From: Oscillospiraceae bacterium
Lineage (GTDB): Bacteria > Bacillota > Clostridia > Oscillospirales > Oscillospiraceae
Direction of reading: 5' to 3'
Length of the DNA stretch: 64,000 nucleotides
Assembly (NCBI GenBank): GCA_020025575.1
Contig: JAHHRW010000010.1
Location: forward strand, 250-64,249
The translations under genes and the position numbers were made by a program. The notes below the pieces were generated by a model that was not told the DNA's origin, ran no database searches, and worked only from the letters and a program-made list of their open reading frames with translations. Positions 1-7,650 of this stretch are shown in pieces. Position 1 is the first letter of the stretch, and every line of letters begins with the position of its first letter.

Positions 1-290
1 ACAAGGATGTAGATGCTCATAAGGCTGAATTGCAGGCAATATCTTTCCCTAGATTAGATGAAGACTATTCCCGTTTTATGGACTTGGATTCTGAACTAGT
101 GAAAGAAATTCAGAATCAGATAGAGAATTGTCAAAAGCTGATAGAGCAATATAAAGTGGCCATTCAACAGAAGTTGAATAGCATTTACAATCCGGTAAAT
201 ATGGCTCCGATAGGCTTGGAGAGTGGTATCCAGCAGCTAAATTTGCTTTTAAATAAACTTGAACTAATAGCGGCAGAAATTTGTAGATGC
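1..290 (+). CDS. Upstream part, in a different frame, of the AAA_13/PrrC-RloC-like ATPase gene; open to the window edge
   Basis: The frame is open from nt 3 (KDVDAHKAELQAISFPRLDED...LNKLELIAAEI) and is coiled-coil-like. It stops making sense near nt 282, where the +1 frame (ORF 292-1818) continues the same kind of sequence. Confidence 0.45.
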
Positions 291-291
291 G

Positions 292-1818
292 ATGCAACAA
301 CGAAAAGCAATCTTGCAAGAGTTGCTTTTGATCAACAAAAAAATTGCACACCTGCAAATAGAACAAGCATATCGAGATTTCCAGAAGCGGCAGCGCGCAA
401 TGAGATCAGCGGAAACCGAATTGCAAATTAAGCAGAAAAAGGTAGGAGAAACCGCAGAGCACTTAAAAAGCCTCAAAGAGAAAAAGTCAAATGTGGGGTT
501 GGCTATTGAAAGCATAAACAATGCACTTGACTATGTGTTCTTTTCGCATGGTCGGCTTTCAATTGAGTTGAAAAATGATAAGTACTACTTGAAGTCAAGT
601 GGAAAAGATGTCAAACCCAAAAATGTGTCCATAGGTGAGAGAAATATTATTGCCTTGTGCTATTTCTTCACCCAGATATTATCAAACCAGGATATTAAAA
701 AACTATATCAGGATGAAGAATTAATAGTGATTGACGACCCAATTTCTAGCTTTGATTTTGAGAACAAAGTCGGGATAAGCTCCTTTCTGAGATACCAGAC
801 GCATAAAATTATTAAAGGTAATGCCAAAAGCAAAATCCTATTTTTGACGCACGATCTATCTACGTTTTCTGATTTGCAAAAAATAGCTGACGAAATAGAG
901 AAGTCTTTCAAAAAACAGAACGCAGGTGGAGCTATAAAGAGTAAATCCTTCGAACTGAGAGGGCAAATATTGTCAAAGCCTATGAAGTCCATTAATGAAT
1001 ATCGAGATTTGCTACACATGATTTTTAATTATGCAATGGGCAATACCGATGGTTTGGATTTGATAATTGGTAACGCCATGCGGCGCACATTGGAAGCGTT
1101 CTCGACTTTTATTTATGGGACAGGAATTGCGGAAGTCTCTTTTGATCCAAAGGTTATAAAAAGCTTGGGCAAGTATTCTAAATATTTTGAAAATCTTATG
1201 TACCGGCTCGTACTCCATGGAGAAAGCCATTTTGAAACACGCGTTTATGCGATACAAGACGATCTGAATTTTTATCATTTTATTTCGGAAAAAGAAAAAC
1301 AGCGCACCTGCAAAGAGGTTTTGTGTTTTATGTACTGCTTGAATCCGGATCACATCGAATCACATATTCCGGACGCAATCCATGAGATTCAGAAATGGAT
1401 GACAGACATTCGTACAAACGAAGAATTTGATGCAATAGCTAATCCGAAAAAGCGAATTATCCCTCTATACGATATTCCTCTATCTGCCGGCTTAGGTGAG
1501 AACATATTAGATAGCGACATACCATTTGTAGAATATGAAACTGATGTTATGGATGGGGACTTTGCACTTCACGTATCTGGTGATAGCATGGAGCCAGACA
1601 TTCCAAACGGAAGCATTGTTGTTATCAAAAAGCAAAGTGAAATAGCCGACGGTATAAGTAGTGCATTTTTCCTTAACGGAGAAGTCTACTGTAAAAAACT
1701 ACTACATAAAGATGGAAAGGTTTTTCTCTGCTCAGATAATACTGAATACCAGCCTATAGAAATTCATGAGGGAGATACCTTAAAAGCGTACGGGAAGATT
1801 GTCAAAGTGCTCTGTTAG
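292..1818 (+). CDS. ABC-type ATPase (AAA_13, PrrC/RloC-like) C-terminal half fused to a LexA-like S24 serine autopeptidase domain
   Basis: ATPase motifs: SIGERNIIAL (signature-like), LIVIDDP (Walker B), FLTHD (H-loop). Nuclease-like motif: NAMRRTLEAF...LVLHGESH. S24 module: IPLSAGLG (Ala-Gly), GDSMEP (Ser432), YCKKL (Lys469). Walker A must lie upstream of the window. Confidence 0.75.
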   Translation: MQQRKAILQELLLINKKIAHLQIEQAYRDFQKRQRAMRSAETELQIKQKKVGETAEHLKSLKEKKSNVGLAIESINNALDYVFFSHGRLSIELKNDKYYLKSSGKDVKPKNVSIGERNIIALCYFFTQILSNQDIKKLYQDEELIVIDDPISSFDFENKVGISSFLRYQTHKIIKGNAKSKILFLTHDLSTFSDLQKIADEIEKSFKKQNAGGAIKSKSFELRGQILSKPMKSINEYRDLLHMIFNYAMGNTDGLDLIIGNAMRRTLEAFSTFIYGTGIAEVSFDPKVIKSLGKYSKYFENLMYRLVLHGESHFETRVYAIQDDLNFYHFISEKEKQRTCKEVLCFMYCLNPDHIESHIPDAIHEIQKWMTDIRTNEEFDAIANPKKRIIPLYDIPLSAGLGENILDSDIPFVEYETDVMDGDFALHVSGDSMEPDIPNGSIVVIKKQSEIADGISSAFFLNGEVYCKKLLHKDGKVFLCSDNTEYQPIEIHEGDTLKAYGKIVKVLC

Positions 1819-2004
1819 TGCTATAATACTTACAAGCCATTCATTTTTCCACCTCAAGCGTAACGCACGATAGGATGGCACCGATAGATTTTTGATAGCA
1901 AAAATCCGGATAGACCCTAGGATAAGGATAATCTGCATCAAATAAAACAACGTCGTATTAAATCCACTATACAAGAAAGTTTAGAAATGGATCTAACCCG
2001 GCGA

Positions 2005-2074
2005 GTGGGAATAATATAATAAAGCCCGGGAGCCTTGCAAATGCACGGTTTCCGGGCTTTTTGCTTGCAAAATC
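2005..2074. repeat. Direct repeat copy A (70 nt, 63/70 identical to 4854-4923) containing a terminator hairpin
   Basis: Hand alignment of gtgggaataatataataaagcccgggagccttgcaaatgcacggtttccgggctttttgcttgcaaaatc with copy B. Confidence 0.8.
2021..2062 (+). terminator. Rho-independent terminator-like hairpin inside repeat A
   Basis: A 14-bp stem (aaagcccgggagcc / ggtttccgggcttt, two G-U pairs) followed by a T-run. Confidence 0.5.
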
Positions 2075-2321
2075 CTTGCACTTTGTTCGGAATTATCAGA
2101 AAAAGTAACAATATGCGATGTTGAGTAAACCTCGGCAGTGATCGTGGCTCTGACTCCGGGCAGGGCTTTTGTTTATGTATCCGGAAGAAATAACTTATGG
2201 CGCTCTGTGATCAGAAACAGCGAGGCCACCCTTCTGACAAATATCCATTTTATAGGATATATCATGTTGTATCATGAGGTCTAGAAGCACCAAATATCTT
2301 CTAAAATACGGAGGCGAGCAT

Positions 2322-3254
2322 ATGGCAAATATCCGTTGTCCCCATTGTGGCAGCCCTGCTAGGGCGTACGCAAATCGTTGGGAATGTGGTTACTGCGGCG
2401 ACTTTGGTGTTCTGAGCACCAGACAAGCTGCACCGGAACCTACACAAACGCAGAATGTCACTTTGACCCTGAAATTCGTCAGCAAGCTGGATTTTGAAGA
2501 AACCTGGAACGACATGAAGAACGTCATTTCCCAGTATGCCGAAGATCTCCTGCCTCAACTGGGCAATGTGCTGGTTTATGAGATCTCCCACGCATTGGCA
2601 ACTCCTGGTCACACCACCGACAACGAAAAGTTTCATGCATTAGATCGGTTTCTACAGGGGCATGATGACCTGCGAAATGGACCGAATATTCGGGACATCA
2701 TTCATGCCTCCAAGCAGGGGACGGAGCTTTGTGTGGCTCAGGGAAAGCTGACAGAGGACGCTTGCGGTGGATTCTGGCAGCAGCTAATCCGAAAACTCCC
2801 CGCCGGAGATTATCCGGAGGATATCGAGGATCTGTTGCATGGTCTTGGGGCTTTCTATCAGTATTTTGTTTCTGATGACTGGAATGCGGAGTCCTTAATT
2901 CGCTTTCGGGAACTTCGGGATGCCTTCGAATACCACTGGTATCATCATCAGTATTTTTCCCCTGATCTCGGTGCGGCAATCGCAAGGCTTCAAAGGGATG
3001 ATACCGGCTGTATCGATGATGACTGCAGGGATATTTTGGTATCTGCTTATCCGGACCATTTCCGGGATTACACATTGGAAGATATGCAGGACTTCCAGTG
3101 GAACTATCTTTTAGAGGATCTTGCAGCGGATGATCCTGCGCTTGCCAAAAACATGTGGGAAACCATTCTTGTAGCAGCCGGACCCGATTTTACAAAAAAT
3201 CCGGCAGTCGAAGAATACCTTATGGACAATAGCCCCTTTGCAGAAGATGATTGA
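2322..3254 (+). CDS. Hypothetical acidic protein with an N-terminal zinc ribbon (CPHCG...CGYCG)
   Basis: ORF 2274-3254. The ATG at 2322 follows ACGGAGG at about 7 nt. It has two CxxC pairs in the first 30 aa and an acidic C-terminus. I recognise no family. Confidence 0.6.
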   Translation: MANIRCPHCGSPARAYANRWECGYCGDFGVLSTRQAAPEPTQTQNVTLTLKFVSKLDFEETWNDMKNVISQYAEDLLPQLGNVLVYEISHALATPGHTTDNEKFHALDRFLQGHDDLRNGPNIRDIIHASKQGTELCVAQGKLTEDACGGFWQQLIRKLPAGDYPEDIEDLLHGLGAFYQYFVSDDWNAESLIRFRELRDAFEYHWYHHQYFSPDLGAAIARLQRDDTGCIDDDCRDILVSAYPDHFRDYTLEDMQDFQWNYLLEDLAADDPALAKNMWETILVAAGPDFTKNPAVEEYLMDNSPFAEDD

Positions 3255-3303
3255 ATATATGCTGATAAAGGGAATTTGAACAATGAAATTCCGGCAGCTT
3301 TCC

Positions 3304-3891
3304 TTATTTTTCTTCCCCATTTTTGCAGTTGCGTTCCATCATCTGCTTCATGTCAATATCATATACATCCATAAAGTCAAACACCCTGCATGCAAGCGTC
3401 TGAGTAATCTTCTCTCCGGAATAGGTGTCGGTAACGAAATTACCATAGAACGTCAGAACTCTTGTTCTCTCATCCCGCTCAAATCTCGTAATCTGGCTGT
3501 ACTTGATATCATAAGCAAAAATGGAATCATAATCACCAACACGGTCATCATGGTAACTATAAATAAATCCATCCGGCTTAAATGTAATCGTCTCTCTGCG
3601 TCGAAAGCTAAATTCACGATTGAGTGTTACAATGTATACCGTTGCAGGTAACCAGGAAAGGCCGTATGGAGCAACAAAGGTTATCATCAGCAAATACGTC
3701 TCATACCATTTCTGTGTCACGAAAACCATATGCAGCACATTTGCAGTTCCGCACACATATCCAACGATTCGTAGAAACATTGCAATGTAATAGCAGGCCT
3801 TTGGAAAGCCTTTCAGTGTTTTCACATTGTCTTTTGTCAGCCGCTTCAGTGCCTGTTTTCTCTTTCTTTCATTTACCGTATATGTTTGCAT
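3304..3891 (-). CDS. Hypothetical membrane protein with two predicted TM helices and a C-terminal soluble domain
   Basis: AGGAGG lies 6 nt upstream of the ATG at 3891. Hydrophobic stretches are ACYYIAMFLRIVGYVCG and LLMITFVAPYGLSWLPATVYIV. The gene is AT-rich. Confidence 0.6.
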   Translation of the reverse strand: MQTYTVNERKRKQALKRLTKDNVKTLKGFPKACYYIAMFLRIVGYVCGTANVLHMVFVTQKWYETYLLMITFVAPYGLSWLPATVYIVTLNREFSFRRRETITFKPDGFIYSYHDDRVGDYDSIFAYDIKYSQITRFERDERTRVLTFYGNFVTDTYSGEKITQTLACRVFDFMDVYDIDMKQMMERNCKNGEEK

Positions 3892-4098
3892 AAATTACCT
3901 CCTGTAGTCTCCTGTCCATTCAGCCAAATCACTGCGAACAAAACGGAGATTACCCGATATGTTTTTCCTGACATATGGGGCATACCCTCAGATGTAGTTT
4001 TTCTGAAATTGCAAAATCCAATGTATATCAGAATGCAGCAACACCGATCACAGCTCCATAAACACCACAACGCTTTACGGAATTGCATTGCTGTCCTG

Positions 4099-4126
4099 AT
4101 TATAGCACAATACTGTCCGTTTGTAA
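4099..4126 (-). promoter_or_regulatory. Sigma-A-type promoter candidate for gene 3304-3891
   Basis: On the minus strand: TTACAA, 16 nt, then TGcTATAAT (extended -10). This implies a leader of about 200 nt. Confidence 0.4.
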
Positions 4127-4193
4127 TTCAAATATTTATAAAATAAACAGGCGGAATGTCCCTCTCCCCCCATCCTTGAAGTGACCCCAAGAA

Positions 4194-4718
4194 GTGAGAC
4201 AATACCTATTCACGCAACAGTTATCCTCTTTTTATTCATTTACCGATACACTCAAAGGAAGTAATATTCTGATTCAGAATAAGATTGTTGACTGCGAGGT
4301 AGTTTCAGCGGATAGATGGCTATCAAAGGAAACTGGATATCCAGAGGGTACAAAATTTCATAAACTGTTGCGATTACGATCGGCTAAAACATATCCTCTG
4401 ATGTTAGAAACGACCTATTTACCTCAGGCACGTTTCTGGAAACTGGATACCGAAATACTTTCTAATGGATCCCCGTACGAGTTTCTCAGAAACAGATATG
4501 ATTTCAATGCTGATCGGGCTACCGAAAAGTTTCAGCCTGTTATCCCTCGTCCAGAGGAAAAAACCTTGTTGCATGTCTCATCGAACACCCCCTGTATGCT
4601 TCCGGAGCGATATAGTTATGAAGGTGATGTGTTGATTGAATACACCAAATCAATCGTGCGCGGTGATAAGTACGCCTTTCGCATTGAATTAACGAAAGAC
4701 GTTGCTCATCCTCTTTAA
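4194..4718 (+). pseudogene. 5'-truncated GntR/HutC-family regulator; only the UTRA effector domain remains
   Basis: The translation begins at the UTRA start (SFYSFTDTLKGSN...ETTYLPQARF...RGDKYAFRIEL). No winged-helix part is present, an in-frame TGA sits at 4182 and there is no RBS. Confidence 0.65.
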
Positions 4719-4853
4719 TTTTTCAGTACACAGCAATTTATTCTCATCTTATCATTTGGGAATAACTAAGCGAGGGAGCGTTGAGCCCTCTCGCTCCCCT
4801 AAAATCACCCCTCAGAGGCCCTAAATCATGGGTTAAACATGTTGAACTTAAGC

Positions 4854-4923
4854 GTAGGAATCATATAATAAAGCCCGGAAACCTTGCAAACCCACGGTTT
4901 CCGGGCTTTTTGCTTGCAAAATG
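4854..4923. repeat. Direct repeat copy B (pairs with 2005-2074)
   Basis: 63/70 identity with copy A. The changes in the hairpin's left arm (gggag to ggaaa) turn G-U pairs into A-U pairs, so the stem still forms. Confidence 0.8.
4870..4911 (+). terminator. Rho-independent terminator-like hairpin inside repeat B
   Basis: A 14-bp perfect stem (aaagcccggaaacc / ggtttccgggcttt) followed by TTTTT. Confidence 0.55.
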
Positions 4924-4967
4924 CTTGGCATTGGCTTATAGGCCAATGCCATCGATAACGCCCTTTG

Positions 4968-4996
4968 TTGACAAAAAAGGAAATTCAGCTTATGAT
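4968..4996 (+). promoter_or_regulatory. Sigma-A promoter candidate for the SARP-like regulator
   Basis: TTGACA (4968-4973), 17 nt, TATGAT (4991-4996). CGGAGG RBS precedes the ATG at 5053. Confidence 0.55.
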
Positions 4997-5052
4997 ATAT
5001 GGACACAAAATAGAAAATTTTTCCATGATTCTATATTTCTTTCGGAGGCGCA

Positions 5053-6258
5053 ATGGAACAGTCCGTGCCGATATTATATGTAAATATGCTTGGTCGCTTT
5101 GCGATGAGCTATGGGGGTCAACAGATCTCCTTTAAAACGCATACTGCAACAAAATCCCTCAAATTATTGCAGATTCTATTATACACATCTGCAGTAAATG
5201 GTGGGATTTCCCGCTCTCAGCTATTGCAAAATCTGTATTATCAGGAAGAACTCTGTGATCTTGCAAACAATCTGCGTGTCACCGTGCATCGTTTGAAAAA
5301 GCTGTTGCTGCAGGCCGGTCTTCCCGAATACGATTATATTCAGATTGACAACGGCATCTATCGCTGGAACAGTCCCATGCCCACAAAAATCGATGCGATA
5401 GAATTTGAACATCTGGTCAAAGCCGCACAGGAAACATCCGATCCGAAAATACAGGCAGACCTTTGCTGTGAGGCTTGTGCCTTATACCGAGGTGTTTTCC
5501 TTCCGGCACTGTCTGAGGATGACTGGGTAATTGTCAACAGCATCCGGTACAAAAAACTCTATGAATACGCCTTTCTCCAACTTTGCGATTATCTGAAACA
5601 CAACCGGGAATATGAAAAGATTTTAGATATTGCCACCACCGCTGTTCAGATCTATCCTTTTGAAGAATGGCAGGCCATCAAAATGGATGCCTTGATGGCA
5701 CTTAACCGCTACAAGGATGCCCAGCAGTACTACGAAGAAACATCCAAAATGTTTTTTGAGGAACTTGGAATCAGCCCCTCGGAAAAGATGATGAATCTGT
5801 TTGAGGAAATGAGCCTGAAAATGGGCAGAACCCATCAGACAACCAAGGACATCAAAGAGGCACTTTCTCTATCTGATTACAAAACCGGTGCGTTTTATTG
5901 CAATTTGCCGAGTTTTCGTGATAATTACCGTCTTATCCGCCGTTTACTTGACCGAATTGATCTTTCCGTGCAGGTGATGATTTGTTCCCTGACTGACTGT
6001 TGCGGGCGTCCTCTGGAAAATAAGGAAAAACTGGAAGTGCTGTCTGAACATCTGCACAAAGCAATTCGCAGCAGCCTTCGTCGTGGAGACTGTTTTACCC
6101 AATACAGTCCAAGCCAGTTTCTGATTCTGGTAATCGGATCAAATCAAGAAAACTGTCAAATGATTTACAAACGGATTTTAAATCATTTTACACAGGAACA
6201 TAAATCCTGGAAGAAGTATATCGAATACAGTGTTTTTTCCGTATCGGAAAATGAATAA
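5053..6258 (+). CDS. SARP-like transcriptional regulator: winged-helix plus BTAD domain, with a C-terminal degenerate GGDEF-like domain
   Basis: The N-terminus (LGRFAMSYGGQQISF..KSLKLLQILL..LRVTVHRLKK) and the BTAD helices (ACALYRGVFLP..EEWQAIKMDALMAL..YYEETSKMFFEELGISPS) fit SARP. The C-terminus reads RRGDCFTQYSPSQFLILV in register with RxxD-x5-GGDEF. Confidence 0.8.
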   Translation: MEQSVPILYVNMLGRFAMSYGGQQISFKTHTATKSLKLLQILLYTSAVNGGISRSQLLQNLYYQEELCDLANNLRVTVHRLKKLLLQAGLPEYDYIQIDNGIYRWNSPMPTKIDAIEFEHLVKAAQETSDPKIQADLCCEACALYRGVFLPALSEDDWVIVNSIRYKKLYEYAFLQLCDYLKHNREYEKILDIATTAVQIYPFEEWQAIKMDALMALNRYKDAQQYYEETSKMFFEELGISPSEKMMNLFEEMSLKMGRTHQTTKDIKEALSLSDYKTGAFYCNLPSFRDNYRLIRRLLDRIDLSVQVMICSLTDCCGRPLENKEKLEVLSEHLHKAIRSSLRRGDCFTQYSPSQFLILVIGSNQENCQMIYKRILNHFTQEHKSWKKYIEYSVFSVSENE

Positions 6259-6288
6259 ATTTCTGAACCTAGACTTCTTTCTATGCAT

Positions 6289-6326
6289 AAAACCTGAGTT
6301 ATCCACACATGGATAACTCAGGTTTT
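6289..6326. terminator. Bidirectional terminator between the regulator and the pilus operon
   Basis: A 16-bp perfect stem (aaaacctgagttatcc / ggataactcaggtttt) with T-runs on both strands. Confidence 0.7.
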
Positions 6327-6360
6327 GTTTTCTCTCAAATTGATCCTGTGGGGCATGCAA

Positions 6361-6978
6361 TCAGACTGTCTTTTCACAGCGAACAGTCAGACGATTCTGC
6401 CCGCCATATGTGCAGGTGAACAGCGTCATATCGTACTCGCCTGACACCATTTCTTCCACTGACGTTGCAGCCAGAATATCCATTGCCACAACTTTATAGG
6501 TGGTTGCGAAGCCATTTACATCGCGGAAATATACCTCATCTCCAACCTCTATTTGGGGCAGCTGACCAAATCCTCGGTCATAATTATGGCCCATCAGGAC
6601 AAGATCATCCCCGCCTACGGACCCTGTATATCTGCATGGCGTAATCCGCAGATTCTCCATGCTCCATTGTGACATAATCGGCATTTCGATTCTCAGCTTT
6701 GGGATCATCAGATAGCCAATATAATCATGCCCGTCCACAGACAGCGTATTCATAACGGTAGAATAGGGATCTGTCAGATGTTCGGCATTCTCAGATGGGT
6801 TCTGCTCGTCGTAAGCGGATTGATTGGACGCAATCTGTTCCATCAGCCTAGGGAGCAATTCCATTGCAGCCTGTTCTGCCGCTGCAGCCTCCTTCTGATT
6901 GTAGGAAAAAAGCGCCAAAGCAGCCAAAACCAGAACCGACCCTAATCCGATTAAAATATTTGATAAGTTATGTTTCAT
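6361..6978 (-). CDS. Sortase-family cysteine transpeptidase (short form, class not assigned)
   Basis: N-terminal TM segment, LVLMGHNY (His), TLFTCTYGG (Cys), RLTVRC (Arg). Its start overlaps the upstream stop (ATGA). Confidence 0.85.
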   Translation of the reverse strand: MKHNLSNILIGLGSVLVLAALALFSYNQKEAAAAEQAAMELLPRLMEQIASNQSAYDEQNPSENAEHLTDPYSTVMNTLSVDGHDYIGYLMIPKLRIEMPIMSQWSMENLRITPCRYTGSVGGDDLVLMGHNYDRGFGQLPQIEVGDEVYFRDVNGFATTYKVVAMDILAATSVEEMVSGEYDMTLFTCTYGGQNRLTVRCEKTV

Positions 6979-7637
6979 TTTCTTTCACCGAATCGAATCA
7001 GCACTCCGCTCCCGATCAGGAGCAGTCCCAGAATCGCAAGCACCGGGACCGGCAGCTTCAGCTGACCAGTCTGCGGAAGAACCGGATCCTTTGGATGATC
7101 CGTGGGGGGAACTGTCGGAGGGGATGCTGTAAGAACGCCCATCTTAGGGGTTGCATTTACATCATACACATAAGCACCATTTTCCCAATTGGGAACAGCA
7201 ATCAAAAACGGGTCAACGCTATTATACCCCGTCGCAGCCTCATGCTGCGCCACAAGATACAATCCCAGTTGATCGACGCCGACTTCATAGCGCACGGTGC
7301 CGTCATAAATTTTTACAGTCTCGCCTGTAATATTTCTTTTTTCGGCATAATCCAGAAGTGATTCTGCAAGCTCCGGAGAATTTTCATCTTCCAGTGTTTT
7401 ACCCCAGTCTGCAAATGCTCCTGAAGGACGAAAATGGTAGTTCCCATTTGTGCTGACAATCTCGCCGACACGGTAAAATGTCAGGGTTCCAGAGGATAGT
7501 TTCTTTCCGTCGTCCTCCAAATGAACCGTAATCGAACCAGAGTCTTCAAAATCCGGCACATCATGCGCCAAAACAGAAACACTCGTCATGCAAAGCAAAA
7601 GGATCACAAAAAGAAAATTTATCATTCGTTTGCGCAT
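6975..7637 (-). CDS. LPXTG-anchored minor (base-type) pilin
   Basis: AAGGAGG RBS before the ATG at 7637. Signal peptide, LYLVAQHEAATGYNSVDPFLIAVP, and LPQTG plus hydrophobic stretch plus RFGERK sorting signal. Confidence 0.8.
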   Translation of the reverse strand: MRKRMINFLFVILLLCMTSVSVLAHDVPDFEDSGSITVHLEDDGKKLSSGTLTFYRVGEIVSTNGNYHFRPSGAFADWGKTLEDENSPELAESLLDYAEKRNITGETVKIYDGTVRYEVGVDQLGLYLVAQHEAATGYNSVDPFLIAVPNWENGAYVYDVNATPKMGVLTASPPTVPPTDHPKDPVLPQTGQLKLPVPVLAILGLLLIGSGVLIRFGERK

Positions 7638-7650
7638 GGTATTTGCCTCC

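Noticed and set aside
4781-5083. 100-aa plus-strand ORF
   Set aside because: It runs through direct repeat B, its terminator hairpin and the predicted promoter/RBS of the SARP-like gene. It has a TTG start and no RBS, so I treat it as non-coding.
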